Shown here one piece after another: positions 55,042 through 64,000 of a stretch of 64,000 nt of DNA. Made by a program: the position numbers and the translations under genes. The stretch's first letter is position 1, and every line of letters begins with the position of its first letter. Origin of the DNA: Actinomycetota bacterium (GTDB lineage Bacteria; Actinomycetota; Acidimicrobiia; Acidimicrobiales; JAMCQF01); the NCBI GenBank assembly GCA_023379605.1, contig JAMCQF010000164.1, positions 297-64,296 on the forward strand, given 5' to 3'. The notes under the pieces were generated by a model. That model was given only the letters and a program-made list of their open reading frames with translations, was not told the DNA's origin and ran no database searches.

Positions 55042-56057
55042 GGGAGACCCAAGGTGCCGACTTGACGGGCATTTTCGGAAAGGACAGCTCACAGGTGGGC
55101 CCCGATGATGGCAGCCGCGTTGCGCTGGCCGACCGATTCGGGCCGAGCTCGCAGGATCGCAGGCCCACCCGCGTTGTAGCGGCCAGGATCAGTTTGCGCC
55201 AGCGCCTGCTCGAGCTGTGGCGGTCAAGGGAGCTGCTTGTCGTGCTCGTTCGCACCCAGCTCAGGATCAAGTACAAGGGATCGGTGCTGGGCTTCATGTG
55301 GTCCATGCTCAACCCCGCCCTAGTGCTCATCGTCTATTACGTGGTCTTCCAGATTGTGCTCAAGAACGGGATCCCCTACTTTGCGGTCTTTCTTTTCTGC
55401 GGGCTTTTGGTCTGGAACCTGTTCTCGGTCGCGGTGCAGGAAGCGACCTCTATTGTCGTGAGCAACGGTGGGATAGTGAAGAAGGTGGCCTTTCCCAGGG
55501 AGATACTGGCGCTTGCCTCGGTGGGAGCGGCGTTCGTCTTCTTCATGCTCCAAAGCGTCGTCTTGGTGATCTTCCTAGTGGGCTTTAGGTACATGCCCGA
55601 CTTCACCTACCTACCGGTGCTTTTACTCGGCCTGCTCGTGCTGCTCGTGTTCACAGCTGCGCTCGGAGTCTTCTTCTCCGCGGTCAACGTCTATCTGCGC
55701 GATACGCGTCATCTCGTGGAGGTAGTGATGCTCGCGTGGTTTTGGGGTGTGCCGATCGTCTATGCCTATCAAGGCATTTCTACGCGCCTGGCTCAGCACC
55801 ACCTCGCCTGGATGAACTGGTTGCTGCTCGCGGATCCGATCACTCCGGTTGTGCTGGCATTCCAGCGTTGCATCTACGCCAAGGTAACTGTCCACTCCAC
55901 ACTTCCACCCCATGCCCTCTCACCTATGCTCCCCCCCAACGGGATCGGTTGGTACGCCGCCATACTTGGGGCTTTGCTTGTGGCTTCCACGGCTTTGTTC
56001 CTGGGAGCGCTGGTTGTCTTTGGCCGTCTCGAAGGCAACTTTGCAGAGGAGCTGTGA
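55038..56057 (+). CDS. ABC-2-type polysaccharide/glycolipid exporter permease (Wzm/TagG-like)
   Basis: 339 aa with [19 protein letters not shown] and six TM helices. The GTG start overlaps the clpP stop (GTGA), leaving a roughly 70-aa cytoplasmic N-terminus. Confidence 0.85.
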   Translation: MRETQGADLTGIFGKDSSQVGPDDGSRVALADRFGPSSQDRRPTRVVAARISLRQRLLELWRSRELLVVLVRTQLRIKYKGSVLGFMWSMLNPALVLIVYYVVFQIVLKNGIPYFAVFLFCGLLVWNLFSVAVQEATSIVVSNGGIVKKVAFPREILALASVGAAFVFFMLQSVVLVIFLVGFRYMPDFTYLPVLLLGLLVLLVFTAALGVFFSAVNVYLRDTRHLVEVVMLAWFWGVPIVYAYQGISTRLAQHHLAWMNWLLLADPITPVVLAFQRCIYAKVTVHSTLPPHALSPMLPPNGIGWYAAILGALLVASTALFLGALVVFGRLEGNFAEEL

Positions 56058-57334
56058 TGGGCGCCCCCGTCATCGCTGTGGACAGTGTCTCAAAGCGGTT
56101 CCGCCTTCATCATGAGAAGTACAGCTCCCTAAAGGAGCGGGCCATCCATGGCGGCAGGATCCCTTATGAGGAGTTCTGGGCACTGAGGGATGTGAGCTTG
56201 GAGGTTTTCGAAGGTGAGACCGTTGGCATCGTCGGCCAGAACGGCTCTGGCAAGTCCACCCTGCTCAAGTGCATCGCAGGCATCCTCCAGCCGACCAAGG
56301 GAGAGGTGCGCGTCAGGGGCCAGGTGGCTGCCATGCTCGACCTTGGGGCAGGGTTCCAGCCGGAGCTCTCCGGGAGGGACAATGTCTTTTTAAACGGTGC
56401 CCTTCTGGGCCTGCAGCGCAAGGAGATAGAGCGACGCTTTGACGAGATAGTTGCGTTCTCCGAGTTGGAGCAGTTCATCGACAACCAGGTGAAGTTCTAT
56501 TCCTCGGGAATGTACGTAAGGCTTGGCTTCGCGGTCGCTGTCAGCTTCGAGCCAGACGTGCTGCTCGTGGACGAGGTTCTGGCAGTTGGTGATGAGAGGT
56601 TCCAGGCCAAATGCCTGGAGCGCATAAAGCACCTCCAGGATCAAGGTTCGACCATTTTGTTCGTCAGCCACGCAGCCAGCGTCGTCCGCCAGATCTGCGA
56701 GCGCGCAGTTGTGTTGGAGTCGGGCAAGAAGGTCATGGAAGGGACGCCCGGCGAGGCCATAAGGGTATTTCGCGAGCAGCTGGTAGAGACTGAGCTGGCA
56801 GTGGAGATGGCAGCAGGTACTGCCAGGGGAGACGGATCAGGTGAGGACAGCGAGCTTTCCCGTCACCAGCAGGCGGTCCTTTATGGCCGCACTGTTGCCA
56901 TCAGGTCCGTAACAGTAAGCCACCCTGGCGTTGGCACAAGGCGCTACCTCTTGCCAGGCGAGCGGCTCGAGGTGCGGGTCGCCTATGAGATGCTAAGACC
57001 CGTTGATGACGTCGTGTTCGGTATAGCGATCCTGAACAGTCGAAGCGATCTGGTCTTTGCCTCTGATACCGAGATACTTGGGGAGAGAACGACTCTTCCG
57101 GTTGGCGCTGGTGAGGTTGCTTTCATCTTTGACAGCGTTCCGCTCCTTGACGGCACTTACCAGCTTCATCTAGGTATCCGCAGCCTGGATGGCGGCATCA
57201 TGTACGATTTTCGCGAGACCAAGGACTACTTCGAGGTCATGAATCCAGCCAAGACACTCGGTGAGGTTGCGATGCCGCTAAGGGCTGAGCTTCGTCCGCT
57301 CATTGAGCGGAGCTCAGAGGTGGCATCGTCTTGA
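56057..57334 (+). CDS. ABC exporter ATP-binding protein with C-terminal Wzt-like beta-sandwich domain (Wzt/TagH-like)
   Basis: The ORF opens at 55736 inside the permease gene. The real start is ATG 56057 (TGATG junction). GQNGSGKSTL, YSSGMYVRLGFAVA, LLVDEVLAVGD, plus a roughly 170-aa extra C-terminal domain. Confidence 0.9.
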   Translation: MGAPVIAVDSVSKRFRLHHEKYSSLKERAIHGGRIPYEEFWALRDVSLEVFEGETVGIVGQNGSGKSTLLKCIAGILQPTKGEVRVRGQVAAMLDLGAGFQPELSGRDNVFLNGALLGLQRKEIERRFDEIVAFSELEQFIDNQVKFYSSGMYVRLGFAVAVSFEPDVLLVDEVLAVGDERFQAKCLERIKHLQDQGSTILFVSHAASVVRQICERAVVLESGKKVMEGTPGEAIRVFREQLVETELAVEMAAGTARGDGSGEDSELSRHQQAVLYGRTVAIRSVTVSHPGVGTRRYLLPGERLEVRVAYEMLRPVDDVVFGIAILNSRSDLVFASDTEILGERTTLPVGAGEVAFIFDSVPLLDGTYQLHLGIRSLDGGIMYDFRETKDYFEVMNPAKTLGEVAMPLRAELRPLIERSSEVASS

Positions 57335-59124
57335 CCACGGTGCCCAAGATGCCCATGCACACTGGGCGCGCTAGTTGGGCGCGTTGGATAGCAACAGTGC
57401 TAGCTGTGTTTGGGCTGTCCAGCTTTGGGATGGTAGTGGGACTGGAGCCCGTGGCAGCTGCATACCCACTTAGTTCGGTCTCTCTGATGGGACATGGATG
57501 GGGCTCAGGGCGAGGTATGGGACAGTGGGGCGCCCTGGGATACGCCCTCCAGGGCTGGAGCTATCAGCAGATCCTGGAACACTTCTACGGTGGGACCTCG
57601 ATGTCTATGGTCGGCAACCCTGACATACGCGTGGTCATCACAGAGAACGACGGCAACAGCGTGGCTGTGAGCTCGGAGTCACCTTTTTCTGTCGCTGGCA
57701 TCTCCTTTGCTGGTGGCCAGGCAGCTCTGATGGCATACGCAGGGGCACCAGGCCAGTTCGACGTCTTCCAGGGCTCTTCATGTGATGCTACGACCGCCTC
57801 TTCTTGGAGCGAGGTGGGAACTGCTTCCAATCCCGTTGCCGTACCCAGTACCCAGAGCCAGGATGCTGGCACGTCCCAGCTCCTGGAGCTTTGCCAGGGT
57901 GGTGGCAACCGGTACTACAGGGGATCCATCCAGGCCTACGACGACGATGGCTCCACACGCACCATCAACATCGTTCCCCTGGAGTCCTACGTCCAAGGAG
58001 TCGTGCCCGCAGAATCACCTGCTTACTGGGGAACCCTCGGACCTTCTGGCCCCCAGGGCGAGCCACAGGGTTTCCAGGAGCTAGAGGCCCAGGCTGTAGC
58101 TGCGAGGTCATATGTCATGAGCTCGCTTGGAGAGTTCGGCTATGCCGACATCTGCGACACCTCTCAATGCCAAGAGTACCCAGGAGTAACCGACGAGAAC
58201 CAGCTCACAGACCTAGCTGTGGCCGATACCGCAGGGGAGGTGCTTGTCATGGGGAATGGCTCTGTGGCCAGGACCGAGTACTCGTCCTCAACAGGTGGCT
58301 ACACAGCAGGCGGTGCTTTCCCAGCCGTTGTGGACGCTGGTGACAGTGTGTGTGTCCCAAGCGCGTGCAATGAGAACCATCTCTGGCATGTCCAGGTCCC
58401 GGTCTCGGCGATCCAAGCTGCGTACCCATCTATTGGGACCTTGAGTGCGCTCGATGTCACTGCCCGCAATGGCTATGGTGACTGGGGAGGCCGAGTCGAA
58501 GAGATGACTGTGCAAGGCTCTGCGGGGAGCGTCCAGGTCACAGGCGATGAGTTCGCAGCAGATTTGGGTCTTCTCTCGAACTGGTTCACTGTCACCTCCA
58601 CCCCTAGCGGCGGTGTTGAGGGATACTGGGAGGCCAGCTCATCGGGCAGCGTCTACGCGTTCGGCGACGCGCCCACTGAGGGATCGCTCGCAGGAACCAC
58701 CCTGCCGTCGCCAATTGTGGCCATGGGATCGGAAGAGCGTCGCGTAGGGTACTGGCTGGCGGGAGCCAATGGCAGCGTCTACGCGTTCGGCGACGCGCCC
58801 ACTGAGGGATCGCTCGCAGGAACCACCCTGCCGTCGCCAATTGTGGCCATGGCAGCCGATCCCTCCGGCAAGGGGTACTGGCTGGCGGGAGCCAATGGCA
58901 GCGTCTACGCGTTTGGCTTCACGACATCTGCTGGCGGATTTGGCCCGGCCGGCATCCATCATGTTGCCACCTCCATAGCTGCCACTCCCAACGGCCATGG
59001 GTACCTGGTCGCAGCACGGGGCGGCTCGGTGGAGAGCTTTGGGGATGCACCCCAATTTGGCGATGCCGCTGAGAATCCCACACCCCCCTCTGCGCCGATC
59101 ATTGCGGTGGTGGCTTACTCATAA
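57331..59124 (+). CDS. secreted SpoIID/LytB-domain protein with C-terminal 42-aa repeats
   Basis: Signal/TM WIATVLAVFGLSSF. SpoIID-type strings YYRGSIQAY, LESYVQGVVPAE, AQAVAARSY, YSSSTGGYT. C-terminal GYWLAGANGSVYAFGDAP repeats. TTG 57331 (TTGA overlap) or ATG 57349. Confidence 0.85.
   Translation: MTTVPKMPMHTGRASWARWIATVLAVFGLSSFGMVVGLEPVAAAYPLSSVSLMGHGWGSGRGMGQWGALGYALQGWSYQQILEHFYGGTSMSMVGNPDIRVVITENDGNSVAVSSESPFSVAGISFAGGQAALMAYAGAPGQFDVFQGSSCDATTASSWSEVGTASNPVAVPSTQSQDAGTSQLLELCQGGGNRYYRGSIQAYDDDGSTRTINIVPLESYVQGVVPAESPAYWGTLGPSGPQGEPQGFQELEAQAVAARSYVMSSLGEFGYADICDTSQCQEYPGVTDENQLTDLAVADTAGEVLVMGNGSVARTEYSSSTGGYTAGGAFPAVVDAGDSVCVPSACNENHLWHVQVPVSAIQAAYPSIGTLSALDVTARNGYGDWGGRVEEMTVQGSAGSVQVTGDEFAADLGLLSNWFTVTSTPSGGVEGYWEASSSGSVYAFGDAPTEGSLAGTTLPSPIVAMGSEERRVGYWLAGANGSVYAFGDAPTEGSLAGTTLPSPIVAMAADPSGKGYWLAGANGSVYAFGFTTSAGGFGPAGIHHVATSIAATPNGHGYLVAARGGSVESFGDAPQFGDAAENPTPPSAPIIAVVAYS
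58645..58915 (+). repeat. 126-bp in-frame tandem repeats (2 full units plus a partial) inside the SpoIID-like gene
   Basis: Units start at 58645, 58771 and 58897. An 82-bp block (58645-58726 and 58771-58852) is identical. Each unit encodes the 42-aa sequence GSVYAFGDAPTEGSLAGTTLPSPIVAM...GYWLAGAN. Confidence 0.95.
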
Positions 59125-59174
59125 GGCCTCATGACTGGCGGGAGCATTGCGGCAAAGAAGAGTTTGCACGCCGA

Positions 59175-59969
59175 TCATTGTGGTAGTGGCTTGCTCCTGA
59201 GCACCCCTGGCCTTACGTGAGCGTCTGGAACCCTGCGCGCCAGCTTTCCACAAGAGCCCAGCCGCCCTACATTCACTGCGCAGTCCGCCATTGCAAGCAG
59301 CTCACTGTCGCCTGCGCTATTGCCGTATGCCCACACCCAAAGGTCTTCGCGAGCCTCTCCTTGAGAGTTTATCCATTCGAGCATGCGCGCTGCCTTCTCA
59401 GGTCCCCGGCAGTTGCGGCCCAGTATGTGCCCTGTGAGCAAGCCGGATGTGTTTACCTCCAGCCTTGTAGCAAGGGTTATGCTGGCACCAAGCAGCTTGG
59501 CCACGTGACTCACGTAGACCTCCGGTGAGGCCGAAACCACGGCGAGCTGATGGCCCGCAGCTCGGTGGCGAGCGGCTTGAGCCACGATCTCAGGGCGCGA
59601 GCGCTTCTCAAGTAGCTCTGAGGCAAAGACAGCACCCAGTGCTGCGACTTCCTCTAAAGCTTGGCCAGCCAGCAGGCGGGCAAATATCGCCTCTTTTGCT
59701 CTATCAGCTGCTTCACCACCGAAAAGTGCAGATTGCAGGAGCTCGGTAGAGGTGGCCATCGCAGCTCTGAGTACCGCTTTGGGTCCGCGCAGCCTGATCA
59801 GGAATCGCCATAGGCTGTCACCGTGGGTGAGCGTACCGTCCAGGTCAAAGGCCGCGATTGTCCTCATGGCTTGGCTGGCGGCTCTGGAAGCAACGTTCTG
59901 GTCGGCTCTGGCATTGACGCCCCCGAGGTGTGCATGGCTATGCTCATTTCTGACCTTTTCGGTCGACAA
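59175..59969 (-). CDS. HAD-IB family hydrolase (SerB-like)
   Basis: AAFDLDGTLTHGDS, VVSASPE, GNSAGDSELL. The start may be the internal ATG 59867 (MRTIAAFDLDG). Confidence 0.8.
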   Translation of the reverse strand: MSTEKVRNEHSHAHLGGVNARADQNVASRAASQAMRTIAAFDLDGTLTHGDSLWRFLIRLRGPKAVLRAAMATSTELLQSALFGGEAADRAKEAIFARLLAGQALEEVAALGAVFASELLEKRSRPEIVAQAARHRAAGHQLAVVSASPEVYVSHVAKLLGASITLATRLEVNTSGLLTGHILGRNCRGPEKAARMLEWINSQGEAREDLWVWAYGNSAGDSELLAMADCAVNVGRLGSCGKLARRVPDAHVRPGVLRSKPLPQ

Positions 59970-60088
59970 TAGGGTTGATCTAGGCTATTGTTAAATACTC
60001 CGACGCCCGCATAGATCCATCTCCGGCGAAGCTGCGAGCATTATATGGAGCGTCGAGAGCGAGCAACGACAACAACAGGAGGATCATC

Positions 60089-60724
60089 ATGGCATTGCAG
60101 ATAGGCGATACGGCCCCGGATTTCACAGCGGATACCACCCAGGGACCGATCAAGTTCCATGAATGGCTGGGAGACAGCTGGGGGGTTCTGTTCTCTCACC
60201 CCAAGGACTTCACCCCAGTGTGCACCACCGAACTGGGAGAGGCGGCAAGGCTGAAGCCAGAGTTTGACAGGCGCAACACGAAGATCATTGGGCTGAGCGT
60301 AGACCCAGTTGATTCCCATAAGAAGTGGGAGGCCGACATAGAAGAGACCCAGGGTCAAGCCGTCAACTTCCCGGTCATCGGCGACCCAGATCACACGGTC
60401 GCCGATCTGTACGGCATGATTCATCCAAAGGCCAACGATACACTTACCGTGCGCTCGGTGTTCTTTATCGGACCAGACAAGACCATCAAAGCAAGCATCA
60501 CCTATCCCGCAAGCACTGGGCGCAATTTTGACGAGATCCTAAGGGTGATAGACTCGCTACAGCTGACTTCCAAGTTCAGCGTCTCCACCCCAGTTAACTG
60601 GAAGGATGGCGGTGATGTGATCATTTCGCCCGCCATTCCTGACGATGAGGCTAAAGAGCGCTTCCCGAAGGGATTCAAGACACTGAAGCCCTATCTTCGC
60701 ATGACCCCCCAGCCGGACAAGTAG
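60089..60724 (+). CDS. 1-Cys peroxiredoxin (Prx6 type)
   Basis: GDTAPDF, WGVLFSHPKDFTPVCTTELG, RNFDEILRVIDSLQ. Confidence 0.95.
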   Translation: MALQIGDTAPDFTADTTQGPIKFHEWLGDSWGVLFSHPKDFTPVCTTELGEAARLKPEFDRRNTKIIGLSVDPVDSHKKWEADIEETQGQAVNFPVIGDPDHTVADLYGMIHPKANDTLTVRSVFFIGPDKTIKASITYPASTGRNFDEILRVIDSLQLTSKFSVSTPVNWKDGGDVIISPAIPDDEAKERFPKGFKTLKPYLRMTPQPDK

Positions 60725-60749
60725 TTCGGGTCAGCCGTCACGGTCTGCC

Positions 60750-60785
60750 TTGCAGGATACGGCTGGGTCCAGCCGTATCCTGCAA
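60750..60785. terminator. perfect 17-bp inverted repeat between convergent peroxiredoxin and orn genes (bidirectional terminator candidate)
   Basis: TTGCAGGATACGGCTGG-gt-CCAGCCGTATCCTGCAA. Confidence 0.5.
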
Positions 60786-60842
60786 CTCGCCCCACGGGCT
60801 TGCATCCATGTCGCTCCTTCGGTAGTCGACCTGGCCGGAGCA

Positions 60843-61427
60843 TCAGGACTTCCCAGAGATGGGGTCAGGGGAGGGGTCCCTGCTTGAGTTGGCTGGCCTT
60901 TTGAATATGGCGTCTCGATAGTAGGAAAGCTCCTCTAGGCTCTCGCGGATGTCGTCTAGAGCCCTGTGATGGCTGTGCTTGGCCGGGGCATTCCTTAGTG
61001 CCTCGGGATACCATCTGCGGCAAAGCTCCTTGATCGTTGATACATCTACGCTGCGGTAGTGGAGGAAGCTTTCGACTTCAGGGAGCTGGAGTGCGAGAAA
61101 TCTTCTGTCGGTCCCAATCGAGTTGCCGCAGAGAGGAACTGTCCTGGCTTGTGGAATCTGTGACTGGAGGAAATCGAGCGTGGCACTGCCGGCTTCAGCC
61201 AGTGTGATGGTGGACTGGCTGATAGCTTCGAGTAGGCCGCTTTTCTCGTGCATCTTTCTAACCACATCGTCCATTTGGGAGAGCTCTTCCTCGCCCGCAT
61301 GTATGACCAGATCAGGTCCTTCGGCAATGACCTTTAGGTCATCGTCTGAGACGAGCGTTGCGATCTCCAAAATGACATGCCGGGCAGGATCCAGTCCGGT
61401 CATCTCCAAGTCCATCCAGGCGAGCAC
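60843..61427 (-). CDS. orn: oligoribonuclease
   Basis: LAWMDLEMTGLDP, LCGNSIGTDRRFL, HRALDDIRESLEEL (DEDDh exonuclease motifs). Confidence 0.95.
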   Translation of the reverse strand: MLAWMDLEMTGLDPARHVILEIATLVSDDDLKVIAEGPDLVIHAGEEELSQMDDVVRKMHEKSGLLEAISQSTITLAEAGSATLDFLQSQIPQARTVPLCGNSIGTDRRFLALQLPEVESFLHYRSVDVSTIKELCRRWYPEALRNAPAKHSHHRALDDIRESLEELSYYRDAIFKRPANSSRDPSPDPISGKS

Positions 61428-61558
61428 CGTAGAGATGCTAGAGCTTCACGCCAGCACTGCTGGTCACTGGCGGCAAAGGTCAGCGCAGAAAGGCGAAAAG
61501 GAGTGGCGAGAAGCCAGGCGACAGAGCACGCCGCCGCTCCCCGGGCTAGCGTTGGGGG

Positions 61559-62002
61559 GTGGCTGCCCTTGAGATCCCGTTCCGGCGCCTTGACGACGGT
61601 CTGCCCATCCCGGCCTACGCTCGGGATGGGGATGCGGGCATGGACCTAAGGGCTAGCCATCGAGCCATCCTGGAGCCAGGTGGAGGGCGCCAGCTCGTAG
61701 GGACCGGCATAGCTATTGCCATACCATCTGGCTGGGCAGGGTTCGTACAGCCCCGCAGCGGGCTTGCCCTGCGCCACGGGGTTACATGTCTAAACACGCC
61801 GGGGCTGATCGACTCTGGCTATCGTGATGAGATTAAGGTGATTTTGGTCAACCTCGATCCGGTCACTCCCTATAGAGTTGAGAGGGGAGACCGCATTGCC
61901 CAGTTGGTAGTCCAGCGCGTGGAGCAGATCGCTTTGTGCGAGGTCAGCGTGTTGCCGGCAAGCGAGCGTGGAGAGGGAGGATTTGGTCACTCCGGGCGCT
62001 AA
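61559..62002 (+). CDS. dut: dUTP diphosphatase
   Basis: [46 protein letters not shown] start. Confidence 0.95.
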   Translation: MAALEIPFRRLDDGLPIPAYARDGDAGMDLRASHRAILEPGGGRQLVGTGIAIAIPSGWAGFVQPRSGLALRHGVTCLNTPGLIDSGYRDEIKVILVNLDPVTPYRVERGDRIAQLVVQRVEQIALCEVSVLPASERGEGGFGHSGR

Positions 62003-62204
62003 GCCGCGCCCTCGCAGGGTCCAAGCGGGCATTGCGGCTGCGTCGGGCGGTTTTCACGCCGCTAAGCTCCAAGAGCACCGGAGCCGAACCATTGCCAGAG
62101 CCTTACCGCTGATGGCTGAGCTACACTAGTGCTCGTGACCCGAGGGTTAGACAGCTAGGTAATGATTTCCATGGCAAGGCTAAAAGAGAGGGAGGATTGA
62201 CCCT

Positions 62205-63854
62205 GTGCAGCGTATGAGCGGCTTGGATGCTGCATTTCTTTCGATGGAGACCAAGAGCATGCAGATGCATGTGGTGGGGGTCTTCGTCTTCGACCCCTCT
62301 AGTACAGGGGCTGATTTCAGCTTCCAGAAAGTGCGCTCAGTGGTCGAGAGCCGTCTTCATCTTCTGCCCCCTTACCGTAGACGATTGAGGCACGTCCCGT
62401 TCCACCTGCACCTCCCACTGTGGATAGAGGACCCTGATTTCGATCTGGACTACCATCTCCGGCGAGCCTGCCTTCCTTCGCCAGGGGGCAAAGGAGAGCT
62501 CGCGAATTTTGCGGCAGACATAGCTGGCCGGCCACTGGACCTCAACCGCCCACTGTGGGAGATGTATGTGGTCGAAGGCGTCGAGCATGGCCAGATGGCC
62601 CTTGTCACCAAGATCCACCATTCAGCGATAGACGGGGTCTCAGGAGCTGAATTAGCCGTCAGCTTCCTGGATCTGGAGCCCAATCCACCTCCACCCCCGC
62701 CACCCGAGGTGCCTTGGAAGCCGGATCGTGTGCCCACAGACGCCGAGATGATAGGCTATGCCTGTCTTTCTATCGCGCAACATCCGACAAATCTGCTGCG
62801 AACTGCCCGGCAAACTGCAGACATGCTTGTTAGCCTGCGTAGTCACAACAGGGCCTCAGGCCAGCCTCCACCGCCCGCGCCTTTCAGTGCTCCACGGACC
62901 TCGTTCAATGCCAGCATCACAGCCCATCGGCGTTTTGCGATGGGTGATCTCCCCTTGGACGAGGTCAAGCGTGTGAAGAACGCATTCAGGGTCACAGTCA
63001 ATGACGTCGTACTGGCATTGTGTGCGGGAGCCCTTCGAAGCTACCTCAAAGGTCGTGGGGAGTTGCCCGACGATCCTCTGGTAGCGATGATCCCGATCTC
63101 TGTAAGATCTGAAAAGGAAAAAGGGGACCTGGGCAACCGTATATCTGCAATGCTAGTCTCCCTAGCGACCACGGTTGAAGATCCCGTAGAACGCCTGCAC
63201 GCAGTAGCAGACTCTACTCGTAGGGCCAAAGACCAAGATCGCGCTATCGGAGCAGACACACTTACGAACTGGACCGAGTTCGCTGCTCCGGCCGTTGCAG
63301 CTCGCGCGGCACGACTCATATCTAGTACCAGGGTTTTCGATCGCCTGCGCCCCATGTTCAATGTGACAGTATCGAATGTGCCAGGCCCAGACTTCCCCCT
63401 TTACGGGGCTGGAGCGAAGCTGGTCTCTATGTATCCTATCGGACCTATAGTAGAAGGTGCTGGGCTCAATATCACAGTGATGAGCTATCTTGGTAGGATT
63501 TTCATCGGGGTGCTTGCTTGCAGAGAGCTCGTAACAGAGGTCGACTCGATCGTTTCCTACATGCAGGCCTCGCTTGCCGAGCTGCTAAGGGCGGCCGGTG
63601 GTACTGAGGAAGCTGTTGTGGCCAGCGCGGCTGAGCTCAACGCGGCCCTAGCGAGCAGACCGGGACGGGCGCACACTGCGACCAAGGCAGATCAGTCTCC
63701 AGGGCATCGGGCAGCCAAGGGAAAGCAGCGATCAGAAGATCTTGACCGGCTGGCACGCCAGCCAGGACGTAAAGAGGCTGCTAAAGCAATGGGCAAGCGG
63801 TCGGCGGTGGCCGAGCTACTCGGATCCGCGGTTAACCCCGCCGTTCCACGATAG
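62205..63854 (+). CDS. wax ester synthase / diacylglycerol acyltransferase (WS/DGAT)
   Basis: 549 aa with active-site motif HHSAIDGVSG and NVPGP. GTG start 9 nt after GGGAGG; ATG 62214 is an alternative. Long basic C-terminal tail. Confidence 0.9.
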   Translation: MQRMSGLDAAFLSMETKSMQMHVVGVFVFDPSSTGADFSFQKVRSVVESRLHLLPPYRRRLRHVPFHLHLPLWIEDPDFDLDYHLRRACLPSPGGKGELANFAADIAGRPLDLNRPLWEMYVVEGVEHGQMALVTKIHHSAIDGVSGAELAVSFLDLEPNPPPPPPPEVPWKPDRVPTDAEMIGYACLSIAQHPTNLLRTARQTADMLVSLRSHNRASGQPPPPAPFSAPRTSFNASITAHRRFAMGDLPLDEVKRVKNAFRVTVNDVVLALCAGALRSYLKGRGELPDDPLVAMIPISVRSEKEKGDLGNRISAMLVSLATTVEDPVERLHAVADSTRRAKDQDRAIGADTLTNWTEFAAPAVAARAARLISSTRVFDRLRPMFNVTVSNVPGPDFPLYGAGAKLVSMYPIGPIVEGAGLNITVMSYLGRIFIGVLACRELVTEVDSIVSYMQASLAELLRAAGGTEEAVVASAAELNAALASRPGRAHTATKADQSPGHRAAKGKQRSEDLDRLARQPGRKEAAKAMGKRSAVAELLGSAVNPAVPR

Positions 63855-64000
63855 ACCATATTTGCCACTGGGAGAAAGCCCTACGAGCAGGATCAGATTC
63901 GATTAACAAGGGTGGCCTCTAGGTGCAAATGGTGGGTGCAATAGAGCGGTCCTAGTGTTGACTGAAGCGATGATGCCATATGGATCATGAGAAGCCAGAT

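Noticed and set aside
55736-56056. N-terminal extension of the ABC ATPase ORF
   Set aside because: It lies inside the permease gene in another frame. The canonical ATPase N-terminus starts at ATG 56057.
1-64000. Defence island, prophage, toxin-antitoxin pair or secondary-metabolite cluster
   Set aside because: I scanned all ORFs of 60 aa or more for nucleases, reverse transcriptases, STAND/AAA defence ATPases, integrases, capsid or terminase genes, PKS/NRPS and small paired ORFs. None were recognised, and the gene content is core metabolism and envelope functions.

Overview
This is a gene-dense chromosomal segment that looks actinobacterial. The evidence is gene content, frequent GTG/TTG starts and many 4-nt ATGA/GTGA/TTGA stop-start overlaps. 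The order mec-cysO-cysM ... murI-MBL-rph-rdgB also follows the Rv1334-Rv1341 order of Mycobacterium tuberculosis as I recall it. I support 64 protein-coding genes, one tmRNA with smpB directly upstream, one tRNA-Leu(UAG), seven repeat loci and four hairpin terminator candidates. Functional blocks: (i) 0.4-13.1 kb, a flavin-monooxygenase/acyl-CoA catabolic cluster with an embedded ribBA. (ii) 13.5-29.5 kb, mixed housekeeping and signalling genes (two c-di-GMP enzymes, LMW-PTP, ClC channel, 6PGDH, surE, DedA, orphan ParA). (iii) 29.5-32.5 kb, acetoacetyl-CoA synthetase plus 3-hydroxybutyrate dehydrogenase. (iv) 32.7-39 kb, ssrA/smpB, CysO-dependent cysteine synthesis, murI, rph, rdgB. (v) 39-49.3 kb, crotonase, hotdog-hydratase and SDR genes around a Liv-type ABC importer. 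(vi) 49.5-53.4 kb, an ECF sigma/anti-sigma pair next to a blue-copper lipoprotein and two Tat-type ferritin-like paralogues. (vii) 54.2-59.1 kb, tRNA-Leu, clpP, a Wzm/Wzt-type exporter and a SpoIID-like repeat protein. (viii) 59.2-63.9 kb, HAD hydrolase, 1-Cys peroxiredoxin, orn, dut, WS/DGAT. I saw no cas genes, integrases, transposases, phage genes, toxin-antitoxin pairs or known defence genes, so this is not an obvious accessory island. What ordinary annotation does not explain is four sequence-unrelated loci with the same geometry: a 36-46 bp direct repeat, a 29-34 bp insert, then the repeat again. Three of the four overlap or abut a gene end. There are also three perfect or near-perfect tandem duplications in or at the 5' end of genes. 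Start codons were chosen by eye and several N-termini are uncertain. No similarity search, covariance model or statistics could be run.
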